DNA from: Octopus sinensis
Taxonomy: Eukaryota
Assembly: GCF_006345805.1 (NCBI RefSeq)
Contig: NC_043006.1
Location: 77,996,001 to 78,060,000 of the forward strand
Reading direction: 5' to 3'
DNA: 64,000 bases
The translations under genes and the position numbers were made by a program. The number at the start of each line of letters is the position of its first letter. Position 1 is the first letter of the stretch. Below the pieces are notes generated by a model, which was given only the letters and a program-made list of their open reading frames with translations, was not told the DNA's origin and did no database searches. Positions 30,105-42,495 of this stretch are shown piece by piece.

Positions 30105-30478
30105 GGAGGCGCAATGGCCCAGTGGTTAGGGCAGCAGACTCGCGGTCGGAGGATCGCGGTTTCGATTCCCAGACCGGGCATTGTGAGTGTTTATTGAGCG
30201 AAAACACCTAAAGCTCCACGAGGCTCCAGCAGGGGATGGTGGTGAACCCTGCTGTACTCTTTCACCACATCTTTCTCTCGCCTTTCTTCCTGTTTCCCTT
30301 GTACCTGTATTTCAAAGGGCCAGCCTTGTCACAATCTGTGTCACGCTGAATCTCCTCGAGAACTACGTTAAGGGTACACGTGTCTGTGGAGTGCTCGGCC
30401 ACTTGCACGTTAATATCACGAGCAAGCTGTTCCGTTGATCGTATCAGCTGGGACCCTCATCGTCGCAACCGACGGAGT
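30105..30478 (+). mobile_element. tRNA-derived SINE family C
   Basis: TGGCCCAGTGGTT and GGTTTCGATTCCC boxes; same head as 41725. Confidence 0.8.
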
Positions 30479-31989
30479 GCTCCTATATATATACTGTTTT
30501 GGCAAGTAATAGTAGATGTGTTTCTAGCACTCGCTCCCATGTGTTGATGCTTTTTGTAGTTTGTCTAGTAACAATAAAAGGAGGAAATCTTCATTCATGC
30601 AAGCAATGGAAAATGGCTTTGCGAGGCATATACAATCGATGCAATATAAATGCACAATTAATCTGAAGGGAAGCGAAAAGCATATATAATTATATCGTTG
30701 TAGGAATGGCCTATTCAACAAATATATTCATAACTTCATATAATTGTAAAACACCATCGGTGTCCAGTTTCTTAGTGAAATACCTGACTAACACCCATAT
30801 AGATATGTGACAAAAGTATTCAATAGAATGGTGAGAAGATTAGAATCAGCACCTGAATTAACATTTGTAAATGGGATTAACTTTATCTACACGTTAAAAA
30901 TTATAAGGCACTCAAAATATTCCGTAGACCGTAACGAGCTACTTAATGGCAGTAAAATAATATCTTGTAAAATAATATATTGTATTATATATTGTATGCT
31001 GTAAGCTTAAGGTTACAGTCCCATGAAGGGAATAATACTACTGCGATTTAGCCCTAGGAAGCAGCACCGCTTCCTGTCAGCCTTGAGACATTTACTGTGT
31101 CCTTGTAATATATTCATTATCAAAGTAATCATAGAGCGTTATCGAATGTGATAAAAGATAGAGTATTAAGTTAAGACACATACACTAAAGTCAGAGATTT
31201 GAAAGACTCTAACTCCATAACTATTTGGGGAGCAGATAGAAGTGATAAAATATACAGAGAAATGAAATAACGAGACCATTGAACCACATCGGCCCTTGCT
31301 GTCTAGTGATCACAATGACGCAATTGAGTCGGTTGCGTTTTCGACTGCGTGATCTTCTCAGCATGTACTATACAAAGTACATGAAAACGATCTGGTACTA
31401 ACCATTTGATGCCTACCTATAACAAAATGACAAGATCAAGGCAAGCTGTTCAGATATAAAAATCCAGTACAATAACAAAGATATATGTACATTGATATAC
31501 ATTTCTATCCTTCTCACTGAATAATTGCCTGCTCAAAATAAGGTAAATAACACAGAAGAATCCATATCCATAAATTGAAACAAACAAGATGGAGAGCATG
31601 AAACCTGAATAATACTACTAATAGTTGGTAAACTAAGTATATATAATAAGGTTAATGAAAAAACGAAAAACATACCAGCATGCACTATACAACATACAGT
31701 ATGCACAGGATACATTCATGTCACTAATGCAAATGAAACATTACACTTTATGTACTCAACACGTATTCTGTGTAATAACCACACCCAGAATGTAAAATCG
31801 CAAATCTTCTTCATGGTAGTAGGAATACTAACGTAACAACGAGGCTGACGAACGAAAACCGATCTGGAAGGAAAACCGGCGCAAGTATATACAAACACAC
31901 AATCGTAGAAATGCAGCTGGAATGCATTAGCGGCAATAGTATGTGTGTGTGTGTGTGTGTGTGTGTGTCTGTTTATGCAACTGTTGTAA

Positions 31990-32021
<32 letters not shown>

Positions 32022-32090
32022 TAATAATAATAAATAATAATGATAATAATAATAAATAATAATAATGATAATAATAATATAATAATAATA

Positions 32091-32142
<52 letters not shown>

Positions 32143-32325
32143 TAATAATAATAATAATAATAATAATGATAATAATAATAATAATGATAATAATAATGAT
32201 AATAATAATATAATAATAATATAATAATAATGATAATAATAATAATAATAATAATAATAATATATGATAAATAATGATAATAATAATAATATATGATAAT
32301 AATAATAATAATGATAATAATAATG

Positions 32326-32359
<34 letters not shown>

Positions 32360-32364
32360 TAATA

Positions 32365-32399
<35 letters not shown>

Positions 32400-32556
32400 T
32401 AATAATATAATAATAATAATAATAATAATAATGATAATAATAATATAATGATAATAATAATGATATAATAATAATAATAATAATAATAATATAATAATAA
32501 TGATATAATAATAATAATAAATAATAATGATAATATAATAATAATAATAAATAATG

Positions 32557-32600
<44 letters not shown>

Positions 32601-32836
32601 AAATAATAATAATAATATAATAATAATAATAAATAATAATAATATAATAATAATAATAAATAATAATAATGATAATAATATAATAATGATATAATAATGA
32701 TAATAATAAGAATAATAATAATAATAATAATAATGAATAATAATAATAATAATAATAATAATATAATATAATAATAATAATAATATAATAATAATAAATA
32801 ATAATAATGATAATAATAATAATAATGATAATAATG

Positions 32837-32888
<52 letters not shown>

Positions 32889-32892
32889 TAAT
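31990..32892. repeat. Long degenerate (TAA)n/(TGA) microsatellite, about 900 bp
   Basis: Directly visible; source of the spurious 333-aa minus-strand ORF. Confidence 0.95.
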
Positions 32893-33450
32893 AAATGCCC
32901 TGATGCAGTACCAGGCAGTGGCTCTCATGGCTTCTGATCTTAACTGATTGGAAGTGTTATCATGTACATTGTTTTGTCTTGGTATAAAAGATGGGCTACA
33001 GCAAATATTCTGCTCAATACCACAGATTTGCTTGTCAGTTGTTTGACCTTAACCAGTTGAGCATGTCCCTTAGTGGCTGACAATATGTGCATCTCTGATC
33101 ACGAGCAGAAGTAGTGGGGGAGCATCATAGCCATGTGTTGAGAGGGATTCTTTGGGGTTTGAATAATTCACCTCTGGAAACATCGGTGGTTCTTTCAACA
33201 TCCTTAAACAACCCTTATTCAGGGACCTTTTGAGCGGGATGGGCTACTCAACCTGAAGAAAATTCTAACTGGGCCCCACCTGCAAGGTCATGTGCTATTT
33301 ATCTTGATATGAGATCACCATGTCGCGCACATATGGTTGTGATGCATGTGCCTGGTGTACCCTTATCAGACGGGTAGTCATGATGGGTATATTGGGCTTC
33401 GTATATTTTACCCCAGTGTCACTTTGATGGCATGCACTGCTCTCTCACTC
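32893..33450 (+). mobile_element. ~560-bp non-coding (TAA)n-embedded element, copy 1
   Basis: AAATGCCCTGATGCAGTACC...TGCTCTCTCACTC, flanked by (TAA)n; nearly identical to 36367-36924. Confidence 0.85.
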
Positions 33451-33561
<111 letters not shown>

Positions 33562-33568
33562 AATAATA

Positions 33569-33604
<36 letters not shown>

Positions 33605-33621
33605 TAATAATAATAATAATG

Positions 33622-33730
<109 letters not shown>

Positions 33731-33780
33731 AATAATAATAATAATAATCTTAATATTAATAATAATGATGATAATGATAA

Positions 33781-33829
<49 letters not shown>

Positions 33830-33834
<5 letters not shown>

Positions 33835-34466
33835 GCCCTGATGCTGTACTAAATGGCCTGATGCAGTACTAATGCCCTTATGCAGTACTAATGCCCTGAT
33901 GCAGTACTAAATGCCCCGATGCAGTACTAGACAGTGGCTCTCATGGCTTCTGATCTTAACTGATTGGAAGTGTTATCATGTACATTGTTTTGTCTTGGTA
34001 TAAAAGATGGGCTACAGCAGATATTCTTCTCAATACCACAGATTTGTTTGTCAGTTGTTTAACCTTAACCAGCTGACCATGTCCCTTAGTGGCTGGTGAT
34101 ATGTGCATCTCTGATCACGAGCAGAAGTAGTAGGGGGGCATCATAGCCGTGTGTGGAAAGGAATTCTTGGAGGTTTGTGTAATTCCCTTTTGGAAACATG
34201 GGTAGTTCGTTCAACATCCTTAAACAATCCTTATTCAGAGACCTTTTCAGCGAGATGGGCTATTCGATAAGAAGAAAATTCTAACTGGGCCCCACCTGCA
34301 AGGTCATCTGCTGTTTATCTTGATATGAGATCACCATGTCACGCACACATGGTTATGATGCATGTGCCTAGTGTACCCTTATCAGATGGGTAGTCATGAT
34401 GGGCATACTAGGCTTCGTATATTTTACGCCAGTGTCACTTTGATGGTATGCACTGCTCTCTCACTC
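33830..34466 (+). mobile_element. (TAA)n-embedded element, copy 2, with its first 20-mer reiterated five times
   Basis: Same body as copy 1 but more diverged; 33830-33927 is five units of TA(A)ATGCCCTGATGCAGTAC-like sequence. Confidence 0.85.
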
Positions 34467-34479
34467 AATAATAATAATA

Positions 34480-34662
34480 TTTGGGGATAGGGGCCAGTCG
34501 ATTAGATCGACCGCAGTACGCAACTGATACTTAATTTATTGGCCCCGAAAAGATGAAAGGCAAAGTTGACCTGAGCGGAATTTGAACTTAGAACTTCAAG
34601 GCAGACAACACACCACTAAGCATTTCGCTCGACGTGCCAACGATTGGACCAGCTTGCCGCCT
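34480..34662 (-). mobile_element. SINE family B copy
   Basis: GATGAAAGGCAAAGTTGACC...GGAATTTGAACT...CAGCTTGCCGCCTT. Confidence 0.7.
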
Positions 34663-34679
34663 TAATAATAAGAAGAATG

Positions 34680-35165
34680 TGAAGGTGGAGGTACTTTGTA
34701 TGAAGATCAGATTGAAAGAGTGCTTGAGTCAGAGAACGGCATTTTATGGGATTTCCTAGTGTTTGGATAAAAAGTTACAAAATAATAAACCAGACATAAC
34801 ATTAATAGTCAAGGGAAAACAATGTTGCTCATTAATGGACCATCATGTCCGTTTGATTTCAGGACCGTAAAGAAAGAAGATGAAATGTTTTTTAAAGAAA
34901 TCCCTACAAATTGGAAATTGCAGAAATTTGGAGTACAACTGTATAGGTCGTCCCACTAATAATTGGTACATTAGGAACTGTAAGTAGAAATATAGACAAA
35001 TGGTTGAAGGAGATTTAAATATAGTGTCCTGTTGAATTTTTACAGAAATTTGCCTCTGAGGAACTGGAAAGATTATGAGAAGGATTTTGAGCACCAGAAA
35101 GATTATTGAAAGCTTTTGGATAACCTGCTACAGGCATAACTTCTACCAGATTATAAGAACAATCA
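34680..35165 (+). mobile_element. Degenerate R4/Dong-like endonuclease-domain fragment
   Basis: YEDQIERVLES, ILWDFLV, NKPDIT and SCPFDFRTVKKEDE in broken frames, after a short TAA run. Confidence 0.65.
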
Positions 35166-35627
35166 TCGACCCGAACGGATGACAGGAAAGGGTGACCTCA
35201 GCGAAATCGAAATCAGAACGTAAACGCGGACCAAATCCCACAACGCATTTTGACCGTGGCTTTTCGTCCGTCATTACGTTCTGAGTTCAAATTCCACCGA
35301 AGTCGACTTTGCTTTTCATCCTTTCGGGTTCGACAAATTAAGTACCAGTTGAACAATGGAGACGATGTAATCGACTAGTCTTCTCCCCCTAAATTTCAAG
35401 TCTTTGAGAAGAACATTGTTTCTGTGAATTTTCTTTCAGTTTCTCCTTTATTTTCTTTGTTTTCTTTTTCATGTTTTTCTATTCCTTTTTCCATTTTCTA
35501 TGTGCTTCTTCTCACGTTTTCTCTATCAAATGAACAATCTACGTTTATTTTAATGGCCTACCAATGTATACAGTGAATCGCTTTGCTCTAGGTATTCGAC
35601 AAGAAACTGAAAGAAAATTGAAAGAAT

Positions 35628-35696
<69 letters not shown>

Positions 35697-36116
35697 GAGT
35701 ATTCCTTGCGATCACAATATAACGGCGAAAGAATTTGACAAGATCAGTAAATATAAAGACATGTAATAGTAATTGAAAAAACGTGGCATCTCAAGGCGTC
35801 TACAGTACCAGTGATTGTAGGATCTCTAGGGAAAAAATAAGGTACTGAAACCTATTTGAAATTGATACCAGGCTTACCATCCCTACAGGAAGTGCAAAAA
35901 ATCGTGTTAACTGGAACGACTCATGTACTGAGAAGAGCACTACCGCTGTGAAAACAACATCCGTTCATAAATATATTTATCTATTAATTTTTTAAATACA
36001 TATTTTACCTATGAATTTGCGTGTGTAACCTGGGAATGCATACGACGAGCTTCTCTGCCCTAGGTGTACGGAAAACACTCGGCGAGAAATGGAAGAAAAT
36101 TTGAAGAAGGAAACAA
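35697..36116 (+). mobile_element. 5'-truncated R4/Dong-like LINE end
   Basis: SIPCDHNITAKEFDKISKYKD...WHLKASTVPVIVGSL..., close paralog of 37630-37908, with 3' UTR running into (TAA)n. Confidence 0.8.
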
Positions 36117-36190
<74 letters not shown>

Positions 36191-36288
36191 CCATCATAGC
36201 ATCACAACAATTCACAGCACATACCCAAGGCACACAGAGCTGGCTGCGCTCGGTAGTGAAGTGAAAGCACGCTATAAAAATAAAACTA

Positions 36289-36366
<78 letters not shown>

Positions 36367-36370
<4 letters not shown>

Positions 36371-36924
36371 GCCCTGATACAGTACCAGGCATTGGCTCTC
36401 ATGGCTTCTGATCTTAACTGATTGGAAGTGTTATCATGTACATTGTTTTGTCTTGGTATAAAAGATGGGCTACAGCAAATATTATGCTCAATACCACAGA
36501 TTTGCTTGTCAGTTGTTTTACCTTAACCAGTTGAGCATGTCCCTTAGTGGCTGACGATATGTGCATCTCTGATCACGAGCAGAAGTAGTGGGGGAGCATC
36601 ATAGCCATGTGTTGAGAGGGATTCTTTGGGGTTTGAATAATTCACCTCTGGAAACATGGGTGGTTCTTTCAACATCCTTAAACAACCCTTATTCAGGGAC
36701 CTTTTGAGCAGGATGGGCTACTCAACCTGAAGAAAATTCTAACTGGGCCCCACCTGCAAGGTCATGTGCTGTTTATCTTGATATGAGATCACCATGTCGC
36801 GCACATATGGTTCTGATGCATGTGCCTGGTGTACCCTTATCAGACGGGTAGTCATGATGGGTATATTGGGCTTCGTATATTTTACCCCAGTGTCACTTTG
36901 ATGGCATGAACTGCTCTCTCACTC
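36367..36924 (+). mobile_element. (TAA)n-embedded element, copy 3
   Basis: Same termini and body as 32893-33450, (TAA)n on both sides. Confidence 0.85.
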
Positions 36925-37012
36925 AATAATAATAATATAATAATAATAATAATAATAATAATATAATAATAATAGTAATAGTAATAATAATAATAATAAT
37001 AATATAATAATA

Positions 37013-37050
<38 letters not shown>

Positions 37051-37052
<2 letters not shown>

Positions 37053-38085
37053 CTGAATAACCCGAGGGAAGTACGGCAACTATTGCTGCAAACAAGGTGA
37101 AAATAATGCCAACGAAAAAAGCGCACGAGCAATTGGCTGATAGGTGGGAGGAGAAACCTCTGCACGGCAAATATGTGGCCCGTAGCAAATAAGCTGATGT
37201 TGACCAGAAGCAAACCATCAGTGGCTACGGAGCTCAGGGCTAAAAGCAGAAAGCGAAGGTTTCATCCTGGCTGCTCAAGATCAAAGCCTATTAACCCGGA
37301 ACTACAAGGCCTATGTGATGAAAAATGGAGCAGACCCAAAATGCCGATTCTGCAACGACTTGATTGAAACAGTGGACTACCTAATCTCTGGATGTAAAGT
37401 CTTAGCACCAGTGGAGTATAGATTAAGACATAGCAGAGTTGGTCAATATCTACACTGGCTAATAAGTCGGCATTATAATATCAAAACTGCCGACAAGTGG
37501 TATAATCACCACCCTGAAGCTGTAACTGAAGGAGAAAATGTAACGATTCTGTGGGACTTTCCAGTACATACAGACCGAACCATCAAAGCCAATAAAGCGG
37601 ATATTGTTGTGAAAGACCAAAACAATAAAGTTTGCTTATTGATCGACATGAGCATCCCCTGTGATCATAATATCTCGGCGAAAAAATTTGACAAGCTCAG
37701 AAAATATAAAGACATACTCATTGAAATTGAGAAAATGTGGCATCTCAAGGCGGTTACTATACCAGTGATCGTAGGAGCACTAGGAATGATCAAGAAGGGA
37801 ACCGAAAATTATATGAGAATGATCCCTGGCTTACCATCCCTGCAAGAAGTGCAAAAGAGTGTCTTATCTGGTACATCACACGTATTGAGAAGAGCATTGT
37901 CGATGTGAGAATTATTACTACCGATGTATTTTAATTTAACTTTATTTCTATAAAAAAAAAATTAACGCACTAGTGAGTTTAGTTTAATGGCCTACCAATG
38001 TATACTATGAGTTTCTTTGCCCTAGGAGTCGGGAAGACACTCGGCAAGAAATGGAAGCTAATTTGAAAGAAGAAGAAAAACCCAT
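37051..38085 (+). mobile_element. 5'-truncated R4/Dong-like non-LTR retrotransposon; ORF 37315-37908 holds the Zn knuckle and RLE domain
   Basis: CRFC...YLISGC knuckle (His replaced by Tyr), RHSRV, ILWDFPVHTD, NKADIVV (PD replaced by AD), LLIDMSIP, KYKD, VIVGALG; bounded by (TAA)n. Confidence 0.9.
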
Positions 38086-38086
38086 A

Positions 38087-38135
<49 letters not shown>

Positions 38136-38475
38136 GTGAAGATGATGAACATGTCTATAATTTTTTTTTCCGTTTTCGTATTTAGTTTTCATGTTTATGT
38201 ATATGTGTGTGTAGGCATGTGTTTGTGTGTGTGTGTGTGTGTCCATTAAATTCCTGCAAATAAACAGATTGTTAAAGCAAACTAATTTAAGCATTTATTT
38301 AATTTTGCTAAATATTAACTATTATTTTTTGTTCGTTTTTACTTGTCTTTTTTTTTCCTATTTCAACGAATGCAGTAAAATCACAACATCCAAATGAAAT
38401 AAAAGTTGTTAATATAATTTATTTTTATCTTCAAATTAAAATGCATTGTTTACATGCATACACACTCTTTCTCTT

Positions 38476-38512
<37 letters not shown>

Positions 38513-39441
38513 TTCTCCCTCTCTCTTTCTCCCTCTGTCTCTGTCTGTCTATCTCTGTCTCTCTCCAAAGATACACATTCACACACACACACATATATGT
38601 ATATGTGTGTGTTATATATGCATATGTGTGCGTGTGTGAGTCTATGTATGTATGTATGTATGTATGTATGTATGTATGTATGTATGTATGTATGAATGCA
38701 TATGTATGGCGGGGGTGTACATTTTTGTGCATTCGTGTATTTTACACATGCACACACACGCGCACATACACACACACTCATAAGTATATACATAGAGACT
38801 ATATGCGCGTGTGTATGTGTGCACGTGTGTGCGTGTGTGCATTTGTGCATGTGTGTGTGCGTCTGCCTGTTGCCGTGTGCGTGTGTGTGTGTGCGCATCC
38901 GCATGTGGGCGGGGCGTGGGGGTGCCACAGAGACGCAAGCACAGAAACGCATAAGAACATATTTAAAAATAGCGATCAAATACCAAGGGCAATCTTTAAT
39001 CTAAATCTTATTGAAACTCAACAAACTTTGAGAACAGCTACTCATAGTTTCACGTTTCCGATTTTTCTGACGGATTTCAAATTTTCAAACCACTATAAAG
39101 ACATTTCAAGACCACGCTGAGAATCAGATGTCAAATAATCGTTAGCTGCTGAATGCGCAGAGTTTTCTCCCACTGTCAAAATCAAAATCCTGTTAATAGA
39201 ACCGCATACCTGTTTGTAGAAGTAATATAAACAAAATGTGTTTTGAATATATTATAGGACTAGAAATTTCCAGTAATTCCTTTGTACATTCTATTAGATT
39301 GCATACATCATACATAATGTCACGAAAACATATCAGATTTTTATGTTGATAATTCACGTACATAGAGCCAGAAAAATTGTCCGATGTCCAAATGAGTAAG
39401 CCACCTCGCTGCCTTAACAAAATGTGAACCTTTCTACTATA

Positions 39442-40701
39442 CGAGGGGCGTTCAATAAGTAATGCTTCTGACCCACTTGCAGTTGTTTGATCTAGCTGAA
39501 ATTTTGCATGTGCAATTACCTATATCTCTATAGATTAAGTGGCAAATTACAGCTCTGAACTAATTGTGGTTTCTGATTTACAGGTGTTTGAACTGAGTCA
39601 AGTGTGAAACGGAGCCTGTTGAGTGTCGAGCAGTGATGCGGTTTTTGTATTTGAAAGGACGCACACCACGGGAGACTTTTGATGAAATAAAAGTAACTTA
39701 TGGTGATGATGCCCCATCATATGACCTTGTAAAACGCTGGCATCGTGAATTCAAACGTGGTCGGAACTTTGTGGAAACAGCTCCCAGATCTGGTCGCCCC
39801 CTTCTGCCATTGATGAGGCTGCCATTTTGGAAGATCGACGCATAACTATTCGCCAAATAGCCCATGAGGTCAAGATTAGTACCGGGTCTGTGGAAACTAT
39901 CATTCATGACCATTTGCATATGCAAAAGGTGTCTGCCAGATGGATTCCCAGGCTGCTCACACCTTTCCAGAAGCAAGAACGCGTCGATAGCGCAAGGAAG
40001 AATTTGAAGATGTGCCAAGAAGATGAGTCAAAATTTTTCAAAAGACTGATTACACAGGATGAAACCTGGTTACATCACTATGATCCAGAGACCAAAGCCC
40101 AGTCAATGCAGTGGAAGCACCGTGACTCACCTCCTCCAAAGAAGGCAAGGGTGCAGCCCTCTGCTGGCAAGGTCATGCTCGCAGTCTTCTCGGACCAGGA
40201 CGGAGTAGTGATGACAGATTTCTTGGCAAAGGGTGCCACAATTACAGGAGTCTATTATGCTTCACTTTTGAGGAAATTAAGAGAAGCTATCAAAATCAAG
40301 AGGCGGGGCAAGATCAGCAAAGGCATTCTCCTCCGGCAGGACAACGCTCCGATCCACAACTCGCGTGTCGCCAGATCAGAAGCACAGGCGTGCGGCTATG
40401 ATCTCATCCCCCATCTCCTGACCTGCACCCTCTAATTTTCACCTCTTCCCAGCCATGAAGTTGTTTTTGAAAGGAAAGCGTTTCCCAGATGATGCAGCCT
40501 TGATTTCTGAAGTCACGTAGTGGTTGGAGGACCAAGCTGGGGTCTTCTACAAAAACGGTCTTCAGAGCTGCATCAAACGATGGGAGAAATGCGTAACTCT
40601 GGGTGGTTCCTATGTAGAAAAAGACTAATAACTGTGCCAAGTTTCGTTGCTCTACTGCTATGGGAAGTGGGTCAGGGGCATTACTTATTGAACGCCCCTC
40701 G
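39442..40701 (+). mobile_element. Full-length mariner (DD34D-type) DNA transposon, transposase disabled
   Basis: 37-bp TIRs at 39442-39478 and 40665-40701 (2 mismatches), TA on both sides, WIPRLL, ITQDETW, RQDNAP, SPDL-APSNFHLF; start codon reads ACG, frameshifts near 39800 and 40415, in-frame TAG near 40518. Confidence 0.95.
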
Positions 40702-41724
40702 TAGGTAAAGGCTTGAGATTTGGGGAAAGAAACTAGATGATTATATTAATCCCAGTGCTCAAATGGTATTTACTTCATTGATCTCTAAAGGATGAAAAAG
40801 TCAACTTCTACAAAATTTGAATCCAGAATGTTAAACCGGAACAAATGCGGACGAAGTATTTTGTTCGTCATATTATCGGTCCTGCCACCTCAAAAATATG
40901 AAATGATGAAAACGTAAAGGGAAGATGAGGAAAGTACCTACCATTATAGAACTTGGTGAGAGATGGATGAAAGAGGAGAAGGAAGACGCAGATAGGAGAA
41001 TGAGATTGGTCGCATGGGGTACTGAGATGTATTAAAATGGTTAAAGGACGCTAGGAGAGAGGGAGAGAGACAAAGAGAGACAAACAGACAGAGCCACACA
41101 TAGAGATACAGAGAAAGGGTTATAGAAAGATGAAGAGTAAAAGAAACAGAAAAGAAATAGAGAGGATGTGGAAGAGCAAACATCAAGGTAAGAAAAGATG
41201 CAGTTTAATCGATGTTTGCATTTCCGTTACTGCGCATGATGTAAACAAAACTAAAGATATCGCATAAATCGTACAAACAATATGTCTGTCGTTGTGCGTG
41301 GATAAAGCAAAAAAGAAAAAATACAGACGCAAAATATATCACACGTTTTGATTGAATCAAACAAAGAAACACTTTTGTTTGTTCATTCGTTCGGGTTTTG
41401 TTATTTGTTTCTCTTTGTTTATTTTTAAACAAAAGCGCATCTTTGCATAAATATCGAAGTAGCTCACAACACTTCCCCGACACATACAGACGCATAGGTT
41501 TTTAAAAAGGAATGAGCAACTGTTGATAAGCAAAACTTCAGGGGAAAGATGAAGCACACAAACAGCAAATGAACATTACGCTTCATGCAGTGGACCCCCG
41601 AAAATGTATTGGTCGATATAAACTGTGTTTCATTGCTCACAGCAGTCAGGAGCCGCTCAAGACTGTCAAATCATAAAGCTTTCGACCGGCTTTCGACCTC
41701 GAAAATGCTTATATATGCATATAT

Positions 41725-41992
41725 AATGGCCCAGTGGTTAGGGCAGCGGACTCGCGGTCGTAGGATCGCGGTTTCGATTCCCAGACCGGGCGTTGTGTGT
41801 GTTTATTGAGCGAAAACACCTGAAAATCTCCACGATGCTCCGGCAGGGGGTGGTGATCCCTGCTGTACTCTTTCACCACTCTTTCTCTCTTTCTTCTGTT
41901 GGCCTGCTCGCTTAGCCAGCGGGGTGGCGTCATTCGAAGGCTAAAACAATGCCAACGCATTGTGACCAGCGATGTGTCGCAACATCTGATAG
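41725..41992 (+). mobile_element. SINE family C copy
   Basis: AATGGCCCAGTGGTTAGGGCAGCGGACTCGCGGTCG head. Confidence 0.8.
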
Positions 41993-42049
41993 TCTATATA
42001 TATATATATAGAGAGAGAGATACATACATATATATATATATACATACAT

Positions 42050-42420
42050 ACAAACATTATGGCTGCCCCTTCGTTATCGAGTTCGGCCATTGCACGAAGC
42101 TTAACTGTTACTGGTACTGTGATCGAATGTGACTTTTTAGCCCAGCTAAAGATCTACAATGTCTTGTACAAAATTGGCAACTAAAACCTTTACCGGTAAT
42201 AGCCGGCTGTAGTTGTAACTGGGCTTCATGTACCTTTACATGTCGTTTAAGACCTCCTGCCGAATTACACTCTCTTCTACATTCCCGACAGATATGATTA
42301 GTATGGTGTGTTACACCACCACCAGTGGCCAGGTTGTCGCTCATCTGTCTCGTTTTATGACTACGAAGATGACTCTTGAATTCAAATTTACTGAGGGGTC
42401 TTGCACAGACATTACATGTC
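42050..42420 (-). mobile_element. Probable LINE (RTE-like) 3' end encoding three C2H2-type zinc fingers
   Basis: CNVC-x11-HLRSH, CREC-x12-HVKVH and CQFC-x12-HIRSQ with a stop at 42108; no TGEKP linkers; the upstream part of the listed ORF is (TATG)n. Confidence 0.55.
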
Positions 42421-42495
42421 AGCATACAAACATACATACATACATACATACATACATACATACATACATACATACATACATACATACATACATAC

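Noticed and set aside
31833-31863. Possible 31-bp minus-strand micro-exon (a similar case near 8480-8512)
   Set aside because: Such AG/GT pairs are expected by chance in 64 kb.
31927-32928. 333-aa ORF and the many Y/I/H/T/C/V-rich ORFs in the track
   Set aside because: They are translations of (TAA)n, (TA)n, (CA)n, (TATG)n and (GATA)n microsatellites, with no protein-like complexity.
33830-33927. CRISPR-like appearance of short direct repeats (also 10729-10850)
   Set aside because: The repeats are contiguous with no unique spacers, there are no cas genes and the context is eukaryotic.
36545-36600. CTGACGA inside the 560-bp element
   Set aside because: Followed by GAGC rather than GAAA in most copies; no stem I or stem III.
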